DNA of 64,000 nucleotides, from NCBI GenBank assembly GCA_963719225.1, contig CAVRAY010000001.1, forward strand, positions 224,001 to 288,000, written 5' to 3'. Numbering within the stretch: position 1 is the stretch's first letter; each line of letters opens with the position of its first letter. Below are positions 37,089 through 46,960 of this stretch, piece after piece. Source of the stretch: Thermoanaerobaculia bacterium. Lineage in GTDB: Bacteria; Acidobacteriota; Thermoanaerobaculia; UBA5066. The notes beneath the pieces are model-generated. The model was not told the DNA's origin and made no database searches. It saw only the letters and a program-made list of their open reading frames with translations. Both the position numbers and the translations under genes were made by a program.

Positions 37089-38164
37089 CTGTTCACCAGC
37101 ACGCGCCAGAGGTGGAGGAGGATCTGCAGGCAGAGCCCGCCGATGATGAAGGGGATGAAGATCTTGTAGAAGACGCCGACGGCCCACACGAGGGGCGCCC
37201 TCTTCATGCTCGGCTCGTAATGCGAGAGCCACGCCGAGGGGAAATTCTTCGAAGCGCCCGGATGGCATTTCGCGCACGTCTTCTGGAGATTCGCCTTCAG
37301 CACCTGCGAGCCGCCGTCACGCGCCTTCGTGATGTCGTGAGTGCCGTGGCAATCGATGCAGAGAGCCGTGACGACCTTCGGCCTCTCGCCGGACGTCGCG
37401 AGCTTCGCGCTCATGCCGTGGAAGTCGGAGAGGTACGAGGCGAGGACGTTCGTCGAGAGGCCGTACTTGGCCATCAGCGGCTTGTTCGTGTGGCACTTCG
37501 CACAGAGGTCGATCGTCGTGAGGCGCCAGTCCTTCGTGCGCGGGTCGGCGATGTCGTGCGCATGGTGGCAGTCGGTGCAGACGGGCACGTCCGGATTGCC
37601 CGCGGCCAGCGCCATTCCGTGGACGCTCTTCGCGTACGTCTCGGCCATGTCACCGTGGCAGCCGCCGCAGGTCTCGGAGACTCTCGTGCGCGGCACGGTC
37701 GGGCGCATGACGTCGTGCGCGCCGTGGCAGTCCACGCAGAAGGGCGCGCTGCCCCCCTTGGCGAGGATCTTGTAGTGCACGCCGTCGAGCGCTTTCGTGT
37801 AGTTCTCGAAGTGGCAGGTCTTGCAGAGGTCCTTGAAGCCCGCGCTGAAGGCGGCCTTGTCCTTCGTTTTCAATTCCGGATGCGGCACCTCGGCCTGCGC
37901 CGGGTGGCAGCCCGTGCAGCCCTGCCGGGCGCCGTGAACGGACTTCTCGAAGACGTCCCGCGCCACGTAGAGAGACTGCTTCTCGCCGCTCGGAAGCGTG
38001 ACCGACGCGTCCTTTTCCCCGTGGCAGCCCAGGCAGGTCTCGACCTCCTCGCTGCGTGTCGTCGAAGCCTCGCCCGCGGGGGAAAGGAGCCCCGCCAGCG
38101 AGATCGCGAAAAGACAGAGAATCCCCACCCGGGACGACTTCAAAGGGCGCGCCTCCAGCGTCAA
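37085..38164 (-). CDS. Nonaheme cytochrome c with C-terminal TM anchor
   Basis: Nine CxxCH motifs: CLGCH, CTGCH, CKTCH, CVDCH, CGGCH, CTDCH, CAKCH, CIDCH, CAKCH; signal peptide. Confidence 0.92.
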   Translation of the reverse strand: MTLEARPLKSSRVGILCLFAISLAGLLSPAGEASTTRSEEVETCLGCHGEKDASVTLPSGEKQSLYVARDVFEKSVHGARQGCTGCHPAQAEVPHPELKTKDKAAFSAGFKDLCKTCHFENYTKALDGVHYKILAKGGSAPFCVDCHGAHDVMRPTVPRTRVSETCGGCHGDMAETYAKSVHGMALAAGNPDVPVCTDCHHAHDIADPRTKDWRLTTIDLCAKCHTNKPLMAKYGLSTNVLASYLSDFHGMSAKLATSGERPKVVTALCIDCHGTHDITKARDGGSQVLKANLQKTCAKCHPGASKNFPSAWLSHYEPSMKRAPLVWAVGVFYKIFIPFIIGGLCLQILLHLWRVLVNR

Positions 38165-38291
38165 ACTGAAGGCAAGGCGCTCCCGTCACAATAATCAAGA
38201 CGCATTAGCGAAAAACGAGGAACAAGCGGAACAAACGACGCCGAGAGAGGGATTTATCGGCTCGCGGGGCCGACTTCCTCCCCGCGCGATT

Positions 38292-38678
38292 CTAGGGCGT
38301 CGAAAAGCCGAGCGTCCGCGCCACGCGCTTTTGCGCGGCGTCCCGGGTGAGAAAAGCCAGGGTCGAGGCGTCGGGGTCGAGGTAGAGGGCACAGGCGAGG
38401 TGCCAGGCGTCCGCACCCTTCAGAAGACCGCTCTCGAAAACGCGCCCGAGCTCAGTAGCCAGTGACCGGTCCGGAAGGATCCACGCGATTCCTTCGAGGA
38501 AGTTACCGGGGTCCTCGTCGACGTTCTCCCGAAGAAAAGCCGATCGAAGCTCGGCCTCGAGGAGATTTGAAGCAACCACGCGGAGGTCGGACCGTAGAAC
38601 CTTCGTCGCCTGCTCGGAGCCCTTCTCGCCGAAAGCGATCGCAACGAGCCAGGACGTATCGATATAAGCCTCTTTCAA
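38292..38678 (-). CDS. PIN-domain toxin (VapC family)
   Basis: AYIDTS..VAI...E, L.GADAWHLACAL. Confidence 0.88.
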   Translation of the reverse strand: MKEAYIDTSWLVAIAFGEKGSEQATKVLRSDLRVVASNLLEAELRSAFLRENVDEDPGNFLEGIAWILPDRSLATELGRVFESGLLKGADAWHLACALYLDPDASTLAFLTRDAAQKRVARTLGFSTP

Positions 38679-38944
38679 TCGCGCTCCGTGAGAAACCGCC
38701 GGAGTGCGCCGGGGCGACGGGCAACGAGCCGCGGCAGGAACTGGTTTCGGGGGCGTGTCACGATGCCGCAGTCCTCGAGCCTCGACAGCCGCTCACGGAA
38801 GCCCTCTTGAGCCGCCGCGAGGGGCCGGAGCTCGGCGACCTCCTTGCCGCGCCAGGAGATCCTGACGACATGGCCGCCACGAACGCGGCGAAGCAACTCG
38901 GTGAACTTCGCTTTCGCTTCCCAGGTGGGATAGGTGCTCGGCAT
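38675..38944 (-). CDS. Phd/YefM family antitoxin
   Basis: EAKAKFTELLRRV..G..V.I..RGK.VAEL.P; overlaps the toxin start. Confidence 0.88.
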   Translation of the reverse strand: MPSTYPTWEAKAKFTELLRRVRGGHVVRISWRGKEVAELRPLAAAQEGFRERLSRLEDCGIVTRPRNQFLPRLVARRPGALRRFLTERD

Positions 38945-38951
38945 GGGCGTC

Positions 38952-38979
38952 AGGGTAGCACTCTAGTCAGACTAGTCAA
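38952..38979 (-). promoter_or_regulatory. TA promoter with palindromic operator; probably leaderless
   Basis: Minus strand TTGACT ... TGC-TACCCT, 7 nt before ATG 38944; palindrome CTAGTCAGACTAG 38963-38975. Confidence 0.6.
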
Positions 38980-39061
38980 GAATACGCCACTGTGGGGGCG
39001 ACCGGCGAGCCGTTCGAGCCCACGAGCCGCCCGGTCCGGCGCGCCAGTTTGAGTCCATTCT

Positions 39062-39592
39062 CTAGGATCGGCTGGCAGCGGCCCGCGCCCAGTGCCCCTG
39101 GATGGTCACGATCACGCTGCTCCCCCCTTTGTCGACCCGCACACCCACATTCGCGTTGCAGCCCGGGTCCATGTAGGTGTGCATGGCGATGTTGCCGCCG
39201 AAGATGTCGCTGTGCCTCGTGTCCCCTATGTAATTCGAGCCCTCGAATGTGAGCGGCAACGTGATGAAGCCCCACCATGGGGTTTGGCTCGAGAAGCAGG
39301 GGGTAATGAACACCCGTGGGCGCTGGTTCGGCTCGACCTCCGCGCGCACGCTGACGAAATCGATGATCAGCCTGTAGCCGTTGGGCACGACGAGATCCCG
39401 GAAGGCGACATCGAGAATGGGGCCGCTGGAAGCCGCGGACTTCGAGGCGATGAACGGGTAGGTGTCGGCGCTCGGCTGCACGTAGGCGGGGTCGCTCGGT
39501 GGATTCGCGACCACGACGTCCTGGGCGACCGCGCCGCCGGCCGCGAGGCTCACGGTGAAGACGATCCATGAAGTGAAACTGCGCTTGAGCAT
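39062..39592 (-). CDS. Secreted hypothetical protein
   Basis: RBS GGAGG; signal peptide MLKRSFTSWIVFTVSLAAGGAVA; VPNGYRLIIDFVS beta-rich domain. Confidence 0.7.
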   Translation of the reverse strand: MLKRSFTSWIVFTVSLAAGGAVAQDVVVANPPSDPAYVQPSADTYPFIASKSAASSGPILDVAFRDLVVPNGYRLIIDFVSVRAEVEPNQRPRVFITPCFSSQTPWWGFITLPLTFEGSNYIGDTRHSDIFGGNIAMHTYMDPGCNANVGVRVDKGGSSVIVTIQGHWARAAASRS

Positions 39593-39712
39593 GGCGTTGT
39601 CCTCCTTACCTTCCTTAGCTTCGGCTCTCGTGGCCCGAGTTTGTAATCGACGAATTCGAGGAAAAGGGGACACGCGGCTCAATGCGCCCTCGCCTCGGCC
39701 ATAATCCCCGGC

Positions 39713-42700
39713 GTGACGCGGCGGAGGGATCCGCTGTTCCAGACGCTCGCCGCCGCGCCTGCGGTGCAGCGTCTTGCCGGGCGGATCGAGGCGGGGGTCC
39801 TCGGGACGTCGTCGGGAGGCGTGTCCCTGTCGGGGGCGCCGCCCGGCCTCCTGCCGTACCTCCTCGAGGCCGTCGGCGGGCCGCTCGGCCTGAAGTGGCT
39901 CGTCGTGTTCGCGCACGAGCGCGATGCCGCCGCCTTTTCCCACGACGCCGCGAGCGTTCTCGGGGAGGAGCGCGTGGCGTTCTTTCCCGCGCCCGCGCTC
40001 TCGCCGTACCAGCAGATCGCGCCGTCGCTGAAAGTGCGGCGCGAGGAGTTCGGAGCCTTGACGCGCCTCGCCGGAGGCTCCGTGGATCTCCTCGTCGTTC
40101 CCGCGCGCGCCCTTCTCCGGCGCCTGCCGCCGGCCGACGATTTCAGGAAGCGCACGTTGACGCTCGCGACAAGCGACGACGTGCCGCCCGCGCGAATCGC
40201 CGAAGCGCTCCTCGACGAGGGCTACGCCCGCGCGGACCTCGTGACCGAGACCGGCGACCTCGCCGTGCGCGGCGGCCTTCTCGACGTCTTCCCGCCGCAC
40301 CTTCAGGAGCCCGTGCGCATCGAGTTCGACCTGAACGCGATCGCCTCGATCCGCTCTTTCGACCCCGACACGCAGCGGTCGACGGGCGCCCTCTCCGTCG
40401 TGTCTCTCCCGCCGATGGCGCTCGCGCCCGACACGCGGGCGACGCGCGAATCGGCGCAGCGCGTCCTCGCGGCGTGCCGTACGGCGGCGGACGATCCGCC
40501 CGTGCCTCGCGACCTCTCGCTCGCGCGCAGGAACGACGGACTGGAGGAGCTGCTGCCTCTTCTGGCCATGGAGGAGGCGAACGTCCTCGACCATGCGCGG
40601 AGCTTCGTCCTCGCCGTGGACGACCTCGACGCCATCGCCGCGGAGCTCGTGCGCGCCGCGGACGTGCTCGGGCTCGACTACGAGAAGACGCGCCGGAAGG
40701 GACGCGTCGTGCCCGATCCGGCACGCCTCGCGGGAGACGCGGACCGCGTGGCCCGGAACCTCGAGGAGCGCCTGGTGGTGGCTCTTCAACCGGCCGTACC
40801 GGCGGGCGAGACGCTCGCGATCGGCGCCGAGTCGGTCCTGTCGTTCGAGGATCGCCTGCCGGACGCGCCTAAGGAGATCGCGCGCGCTCGGAAGGAGGGT
40901 CTCGCGGTCGTGCTCGCCGCCGCGACGAAGGGCGAGCGCGAGCACGTGGAGCGGCTCCTCGCCGAGTACGAGATCGAGCACCAGGGAAAGGCGGACGACG
41001 TCGTTTCGCCGCTGGCGCCGGGCGCGTGCCGCGTCGTCTCGGGCGGCCCGCGCTCGGGTTTCCTGTTCCGACCCGCGGGCGTCCTCCTCCTCACGGCGGT
41101 AGACCTCTTCGGCGAGCCGCGCACCCAGGCGCCGCGCCGGAAGTCCGCGTCGGAGGCCTTCCTCTCGGACCTCCGCGACCTGAAGGTGGGCGACATCGTC
41201 GTGCATCGCGACTACGGGCTGGGCCGCTTCGCGGGTCTCGCCCTCGTCGAGGACGCCGGACTCACGCGCGAGATGGTGGACGTGCGCTACGCGGGAGACG
41301 CGAAGCTCCTCGTTCCGGTCGAACGGCTGGATCTCATCCAGAAGTACGCCGCCGCCGGCGAAGGTCCTCTGCCCGCGCTGGACCGGCTCGGCGGCCTCGG
41401 CTGGGAAAGGCGGAAATCCTCGGTCAGGAAGGCCGTGAGGGACATCGCGGACCAGCTCCTCAAGCTCTACGCCCGACGGGCCGCTGCGCCCGGACACGCG
41501 TTCTCGAAGGACTCGCCCTGGCAGAAGGAGTTCGAGGAGGCGTTCGAGTACACGGAGACGCCCGACCAGGCGGCGGCGATCCGCGACGTGAAGAGAGACA
41601 TGGAGTCGGACAAGCCGATGGACCGGCTGCTGTGCGGCGACGTGGGCTACGGGAAGACGGAAGTCGCGATGCGGGCGATCTTCAAGTGCGTGCTCGACGG
41701 CAAGCAGGCCGCGCTCCTCGCGCCCACGACGATCCTCTCGGACCAGCACTTCCGGACGTTGAAGAGGCGGTTCGCGGCGTTTCCCGTCTCGATCGACATC
41801 CTGACGCGCTTCCGGGGGAAGGACGACCAGAAAGAGCTGCTCCGGCGCCTTCGGGAGGGGACGCTCGACGTGGTCGTGGGCACTCACCGGCTCCTGAGCA
41901 AGGACGTCGCGTTCAAGGACCTCGGCCTCCTCGTCGTGGACGAGGAGCAGCGCTTCGGCGTGGCGCAGAAAGAGCGCATCAAGGAATGGCGCGCGTCCGT
42001 GGACGTCCTCGCGATGTCGGCGACGCCGATTCCGCGCTCGCTCCATCTCTCGCTCGCGGGAATCCGCGACCTTTCGGTCATCGAGACGCCGCCGAAGGAC
42101 CGCCTCGCGATCGCGACGCACGTCGTGCCGCTCGACGACGCGGTGATCCGCGACGCGATCCGCGCGGAGGTCGACCGCGGCGGGCAGGTCTTCGTGGTCC
42201 ACAACCGCATCGAGTCGCTCGGCTTCTGGCGCGAGAAGCTCGCGGCGCTCGTGCCGGAGGTCCGGGTCGTCACGGCCCACGGCCAGATGTCGGAAGGCGA
42301 GCTCGAGCGCGCGATGCGCGCGTTCGTCACGCGCGCGGCCGATCTCCTCCTCGCCACGACGATCGTCGAGAACGGCCTCGACATCCCGTCGGCGAACACG
42401 ATGCTCATCGACCGCGCCGAGATGTACGGCCTTTCGCAGCTCTACCAGCTCCGCGGGCGCGTCGGCCGGAGCGACAAGGCGGCGGAGTGCTGGCTCCTCG
42501 TCCCTCCCGGCGCCGCGGTCTCGGACGACGCGCGCCGGCGCCTGCGGGCGATCCAGGAATTTTCGGATCTCGGCGCGGGATTCCGCATCGCGGCGAAGGA
42601 CCTGGAGATCCGCGGCGCGGGGAATCTCCTGGGCGGGGAGCAGTCCGGGCACATCGAGTCGGTGGGCTTCGAGACCTACGTGAATCTCCTCGAGGAGGCG

Positions 42701-43225
42701 ATGGCCGAGCTGAAGGGCGAGCCGGTTCCCGAGACGCGCGACGTGACGCTCCAGCTCGGCGTGCCGCTCGCGATTCCCCCGGCCTGGATTCCCGAGGAGA
42801 GCCTGCGCATGGCGCTGTACAAGAGGATCGCGGCGGCGTCCGACGAGGACACGCTCCAGCGCGAGGCGTCGACCGCAGCCGACCGCTACGGCGCGCCTCC
42901 GCCGGCGTTCTCGCGGCTGCTCGACATCGCGCGACTCCGTCTCCTCGCGCGTGCGCTCGGCGTGAAAACGCTCCAGCGCCGGGGCGACGAGCTGGCCGCT
43001 TCCCTCGAGAAGGACCACGGCCTCGATCCCGACAAGGTCGTCGCGAGCCTGAAGAAGGGCGATCTCCTCGCGTCCGGTCCCGACGCCTTCCGCTTGCCGA
43101 AGGCGTTCGCCGGGGTCCCCGCCGACGGCTCCGGCGTTCCCGCCCGCGCCGCGCGCTCTCTCCTCGACCTCGCCGGAAAGCGCGCGCGGGACCTGCCGGT
43201 TTCCCTCCTCGTGGAGGTCGTGTGA
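39713..43225 (+). CDS. mfd: Transcription-repair coupling factor
   Basis: VRGGLLDVF, GDIVVHRDYG, DRLLCGDVGYGKTEVA, DEEQRFG, SATPIPR, QLRGRVGRS, DLEIRGAGNLLG. Confidence 0.97.
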   Translation: MTRRRDPLFQTLAAAPAVQRLAGRIEAGVLGTSSGGVSLSGAPPGLLPYLLEAVGGPLGLKWLVVFAHERDAAAFSHDAASVLGEERVAFFPAPALSPYQQIAPSLKVRREEFGALTRLAGGSVDLLVVPARALLRRLPPADDFRKRTLTLATSDDVPPARIAEALLDEGYARADLVTETGDLAVRGGLLDVFPPHLQEPVRIEFDLNAIASIRSFDPDTQRSTGALSVVSLPPMALAPDTRATRESAQRVLAACRTAADDPPVPRDLSLARRNDGLEELLPLLAMEEANVLDHARSFVLAVDDLDAIAAELVRAADVLGLDYEKTRRKGRVVPDPARLAGDADRVARNLEERLVVALQPAVPAGETLAIGAESVLSFEDRLPDAPKEIARARKEGLAVVLAAATKGEREHVERLLAEYEIEHQGKADDVVSPLAPGACRVVSGGPRSGFLFRPAGVLLLTAVDLFGEPRTQAPRRKSASEAFLSDLRDLKVGDIVVHRDYGLGRFAGLALVEDAGLTREMVDVRYAGDAKLLVPVERLDLIQKYAAAGEGPLPALDRLGGLGWERRKSSVRKAVRDIADQLLKLYARRAAAPGHAFSKDSPWQKEFEEAFEYTETPDQAAAIRDVKRDMESDKPMDRLLCGDVGYGKTEVAMRAIFKCVLDGKQAALLAPTTILSDQHFRTLKRRFAAFPVSIDILTRFRGKDDQKELLRRLREGTLDVVVGTHRLLSKDVAFKDLGLLVVDEEQRFGVAQKERIKEWRASVDVLAMSATPIPRSLHLSLAGIRDLSVIETPPKDRLAIATHVVPLDDAVIRDAIRAEVDRGGQVFVVHNRIESLGFWREKLAALVPEVRVVTAHGQMSEGELERAMRAFVTRAADLLLATTIVENGLDIPSANTMLIDRAEMYGLSQLYQLRGRVGRSDKAAECWLLVPPGAAVSDDARRRLRAIQEFSDLGAGFRIAAKDLEIRGAGNLLGGEQSGHIESVGFETYVNLLEEAMAELKGEPVPETRDVTLQLGVPLAIPPAWIPEESLRMALYKRIAAASDEDTLQREASTAADRYGAPPPAFSRLLDIARLRLLARALGVKTLQRRGDELAASLEKDHGLDPDKVVASLKKGDLLASGPDAFRLPKAFAGVPADGSGVPARAARSLLDLAGKRARDLPVSLLVEVV

Positions 43226-44094
43226 CGCGCGGGAAGGCCGTTGTCGTCCTTCTTTTCGTGGCGCCTCTCGCGACTTTCGTGACCGGAGGCTGCGGGAAAA
43301 AGAGCGGCCCTCGCGCCGCGTCCCGGCCGGAAACCGTCGCGATGGCGGGTGAAAGGCCGGTGACGCTGGTCGAATTCATGGCCTGGGCGAAGAAGGCGAC
43401 GAGCGAGGATCCGAAGGACGTCTCGCCGCGCGTCCTCTCGAGCCTGCTCGACCAGTACCTCGACGAGGTGCTCCTGGCGAGGGCCGTCGAAGCGGCCGAG
43501 CCCCCGATTCCGGGATCGAATGCCGCGGAGAAGCGCCGGGTGTTCCTCACCCGCGCGGCGGGGCTCGAGAACCTTCAGGACGCGGACCTCCGGAAGGAGT
43601 ACGACGCCCACCCGGAGCGCTACGAGCGGCCGGCGCTCGTCCGCGCCTCGCAGCTGCTCTTCCACGACAAGGCCACCGCCGACGCCGCCGTGAAGAGGCT
43701 CGACCTCGGCGCGGCCTGGCTGGACGTGTCGCGGGAATCAAGCGTCGCGCCGAACGCGGGGACGGGCGGCTCTTTGGGCCTCCTTTCCCGCACGGACCTT
43801 CCCCGGGAGTTCGAAAAGGCGGTGTGGAGCCTTCCCGCGGGCATGAGGAGCCCGGTCGTCGCGACGCCGCACGGCTTTCACGTCTTCCGCGTGGACGAGC
43901 GCCTGGACGCACGCGACGTGACGTTCGAGGAAGCCCTGCCGGCGCTTCGGATGGCCGTGGCCGAGGACAGGAGCTCGAGGGCCCTCGAGGAGGCGATCGC
44001 CGGAGCACGCGTCCGCTTTCCCGTGACCGTCGTCGAGGACCACCTCCCGTTCCCCTATGTCGGGACGAACGCTCGCGACACCGCTTCGCGGTGA
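43222..44094 (+). CDS. PpiC-type peptidylprolyl isomerase (lipoprotein)
   Basis: Lipobox TGGC; GGSLG, EFEKAV, SPVVATPHGFHVF. Confidence 0.85.
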   Translation: MTRGKAVVVLLFVAPLATFVTGGCGKKSGPRAASRPETVAMAGERPVTLVEFMAWAKKATSEDPKDVSPRVLSSLLDQYLDEVLLARAVEAAEPPIPGSNAAEKRRVFLTRAAGLENLQDADLRKEYDAHPERYERPALVRASQLLFHDKATADAAVKRLDLGAAWLDVSRESSVAPNAGTGGSLGLLSRTDLPREFEKAVWSLPAGMRSPVVATPHGFHVFRVDERLDARDVTFEEALPALRMAVAEDRSSRALEEAIAGARVRFPVTVVEDHLPFPYVGTNARDTASR

Positions 44095-44133
44095 GATCGG
44101 GAGAGAGGCCCGGATTTCGCTAGACTGCGGCTC

Positions 44134-45171
44134 GTGAAGTCAATCCGGCGCCCCCGTGTCCTTCCTTTCGTCGCGTTCGCCGCCGCATCCCTCGCCTTGC
44201 CCCTCGGAGCCGGCGAGGTCATCAACCGCATTCTCATCCACGTGAACTCGCGGATCATCACGCAGAGCCAGTTCGACGCACGGATCGACCAGAACGTGCG
44301 CGAGAACGGCACTCCGCCGAATGCCGCCAAGACCGAGGAGATGAAGAAGAGCGTCATGGAGGAGCTCGTGAACGAGGCGCTCCTCGAGGACCGCGCCAAG
44401 GAGCTCGACCTCGTCACCTCCGACGCCGAGATCGAGGACCAGATCAAGCGGCTGAAGGAGCAGAACAACGTCACGACGGACGAGGACTTCTCGAAGGCGC
44501 TCGCGCAGTCGGGCCTCACGATCGACCGCCTCCGCGACCAGCTCCGGCGCACCGTGACGCTGCAGCGCGTCGTGGGACGCGAGGTGAACAGCAAGGTCGA
44601 CCTGTCCGACGACGCCCTGCGCGTCATCTACGAGCGCGAGAAGGAGACGTGGCGGGTTCCCGAGAAGGCCCATCTCGCCGAAATCCTGGTGTCCAACGGC
44701 GACGATCCGGCGCGGGCGGCGCGCCGGGCGAAGGAGGCGTCGGACCTCATCAAGGGCGGCGCGAAATTCGAGGCCGTCGTGAAGGACTACTCAGACGGGG
44801 CGACGAAGAGCCGGGGCGGGGATCTCGGGCTCGTCGCCAAGGGCGAGCTCACCGCGGAGATCGACAAGGCGGTGTTCTCCCTGCCCGTCGGCTCCGTGTC
44901 GGACCCGATCGGAACGAGGTTCGGCTGGCACCTCGTGAAGGTGATCGACAAGATCCCCGTCTCTTACAAGCCGTTCGCCGACGTGAAGGCCGAGCTTCTG
45001 AAGCGCGAGCAGGACACCCAGTTCCAGAAGAAGCTCGCCGAGTACCTCGACAAGATCAAGCGCGACGCCGTCATCCGCGTTTCGCACGAGGCGCAGGCGT
45101 ATTACACGCCGCCGGCGGGAGTCACGATTCCGACGCCCGCACCGGTGCCCGCCGCGAAGAAAAAAAAGTAG
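44134..45171 (+). CDS. SurA-like peptidylprolyl isomerase
   Basis: SurA N-domain (HVNSRIIT); HLAEIL, YSD, GGDLG, PIGTRFGWHLVKV. Confidence 0.85.
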   Translation: MKSIRRPRVLPFVAFAAASLALPLGAGEVINRILIHVNSRIITQSQFDARIDQNVRENGTPPNAAKTEEMKKSVMEELVNEALLEDRAKELDLVTSDAEIEDQIKRLKEQNNVTTDEDFSKALAQSGLTIDRLRDQLRRTVTLQRVVGREVNSKVDLSDDALRVIYEREKETWRVPEKAHLAEILVSNGDDPARAARRAKEASDLIKGGAKFEAVVKDYSDGATKSRGGDLGLVAKGELTAEIDKAVFSLPVGSVSDPIGTRFGWHLVKVIDKIPVSYKPFADVKAELLKREQDTQFQKKLAEYLDKIKRDAVIRVSHEAQAYYTPPAGVTIPTPAPVPAAKKKK

Positions 45172-45182
45172 CCGCTCCGGCG

Positions 45183-46361
45183 TCAGCTCGCCAGGAGCTC
45201 GGCGCGCCAACGCGACAGTCCGCCCTGCTCGACGAGGAGATCGGCCGTGAGGCGCCCGTTCGCGCGGCGCGCGCGCGCCGCCACGGTGAGAACGGCGCGT
45301 GAAGCGAGGATGCCGGGATCGAGTCCGAGCGTCGCGGCCTTCTGGTCTCGCGATTTCTTGAGCGTCTCCACCTCTCGTTCGAGCGCGGGATCCACCTCGA
45401 TCCGCTCGCCGCGGCGCGCTTTCGGCCATTCGTCCGGTGCGAGAGCCGCGGCGCGCGCGAAGGCTTCGCCCAGGTCGGCCGCGAACGACTCGGGCAGCGC
45501 GCGGGGGCCCGGAAACAGCTTTCTGAGATCGCGTTCGCCGGCGGCGGCCGGCTTCACCGCGAGGAGCAGGCGCTCGTTCGTGAGGACGCGGAACGGAGGA
45601 AGGTCGCGGGCGCGGGCACGGGCCTCACGCGCTTCCCAGAGGGCGCGCGCGAATGCGCGCTCCTTGTCCGTGAGAGCGTTCGTCCCCTTGATCCGCCAGT
45701 CGTTCTCCGGGTCGGCCTCGCGCCCCGCGGAAAAGACCGTCGCGGCGAGGCGCGCGCACTCCTCGGCGTGCCAGAGGAGACGGCCCTTCGCCTCGAGGTC
45801 GCGCGTGAGGGACTCCACGAGGTTGGCGAGATGGAGGACGTCCGAGGCGGCGTAGGCGACCATCGGCGGCGCGAGCGGACGTGTACTCCAGTCGGAACGC
45901 TGGTGTGTCTTGTCGAGCGTGACGCCGGCACGGGCCGAGAGAAGCGCGGCCAGGCCGATCTCCTTCTCGCCGAGGAGCTGGGCCGCGACCATCGTGTCGA
46001 AGAGAGAGGTTGCGCGAAAGCCGTATCCCCGAAAGAGGAGCCTGAGGTCGTAGTCGGAGCCGTGCATGAGGAGCCGCCGCGGAGCGAGGCGCTCGAGGAG
46101 CGCCGGAATGTCGAGAGGTGCAAGCGGGTCCACGAGATAAGCGGTGCCGTCCCAGGCGAGCTGGAGGAGGCAGGCCTTTTCGAAGTAGTGGTGGAAGGAG
46201 TCCGCCTCCGTGTCGAGCGCGACGTCGGCCTCCGGCCGAAGGTCGAGGGCCGAGGTCATCCGGAAAAGCGCGTCGGCATCGTCCACGAGTCGTGCGATCG
46301 ACGAGGGCGGGGAAGAGGTCACCTCGAAGGAGGGTACACCGCCGCGGCTCTTCACCCGCAA
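45183..46361 (-). CDS. rnd: Ribonuclease D-like 3'-5' exonuclease with HRDC domain
   Basis: ALDTEADSFHHY, LLQL, HGSDYDL, FDT, SDW..RPL, YAASDV, RE..AR..D.PPFRVL. Confidence 0.85.
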   Translation of the reverse strand: MRVKSRGGVPSFEVTSSPPSSIARLVDDADALFRMTSALDLRPEADVALDTEADSFHHYFEKACLLQLAWDGTAYLVDPLAPLDIPALLERLAPRRLLMHGSDYDLRLLFRGYGFRATSLFDTMVAAQLLGEKEIGLAALLSARAGVTLDKTHQRSDWSTRPLAPPMVAYAASDVLHLANLVESLTRDLEAKGRLLWHAEECARLAATVFSAGREADPENDWRIKGTNALTDKERAFARALWEAREARARARDLPPFRVLTNERLLLAVKPAAAGERDLRKLFPGPRALPESFAADLGEAFARAAALAPDEWPKARRGERIEVDPALEREVETLKKSRDQKAATLGLDPGILASRAVLTVAARARRANGRLTADLLVEQGGLSRWRAELLAS

Positions 46362-46420
46362 CTCTCCTCGGCGCAGGGATTTCGCTTGACTCGTTCCCTT
46401 TGGAAGCCGGATACTCGCGA

Positions 46421-46454
46421 GTGGAAAAAAGTGGCTAGTGGTGGCGTCTTGTGG
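46421..46454 (+). promoter_or_regulatory. MraZ-binding direct repeats
   Basis: GTGG at 46421, 46431, 46441 and 46451 (10-bp period), downstream of TTGACT...GATACT promoter-like boxes and upstream of mraZ. Confidence 0.8.
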
Positions 46455-46507
46455 ATCCGAAGGGATTCCCGCGGCGCCGACGCGGGAATTCGTCCCAGAG
46501 GAAGATT

Positions 46508-46954
46508 ATGGACCGCCTTCGAGGCAGCGCGGAAACGACGGTGGACGAGAAGGGCCGTTTCAAGGTCCCGTCCGTCTTCCGGGCGCCGATCGAGGAGACG
46601 TTCGGACCCGAGTTCTTCCTGACGTCCATTTCCGGTGTCGACGTTCTGATCTTTCCGATGCCCGTCTGGAACGCGCTCGAGGAAAAGCTCGCGGCGATGC
46701 CCGCGATCCACCGGGCGAAGGCGAAGTTCCAGGAGCGCTTCAACACGTACGGGCAGGTGGCGCGCATGGACGCGCAGGGCCGGCTGCTCGTGCCGTCGCT
46801 CCTGCGTGAGGTCTCCGCGCTCGAGGGCGATGCGCTCGTCCTCGGGCAGACCGACCACCTCAAGCTCGTCGACCGCACGAAACATCTCAAGAGCCTGCGC
46901 TCGACCACGATCACGGATGAGGACTACGACGAACTCGCACGCCATCTCGTCTGA
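46508..46954 (+). CDS. mraZ: Division/cell wall cluster repressor MraZ
   Basis: VDEKGRFKVP, MDAQGRLLVP. Confidence 0.93.
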   Translation: MDRLRGSAETTVDEKGRFKVPSVFRAPIEETFGPEFFLTSISGVDVLIFPMPVWNALEEKLAAMPAIHRAKAKFQERFNTYGQVARMDAQGRLLVPSLLREVSALEGDALVLGQTDHLKLVDRTKHLKSLRSTTITDEDYDELARHLV

Positions 46955-46960
46955 CGCGCC

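Noticed and set aside
38184-38197. FNR-like site upstream of the cytochrome operon
   Set aside because: Only one half-site (TTGAT on the minus strand) matches.
39593-43018. 1318-aa minus-strand ORF antisense to mfd
   Set aside because: High-GC shadow ORF; only the last 176 aa (39062-39592) have an RBS, signal peptide and normal composition.
46421-46454. GTGG 10-bp periodic repeats as a novel repeat or CRISPR-like array
   Set aside because: They match the known MraZ operator arrangement upstream of mraZ.
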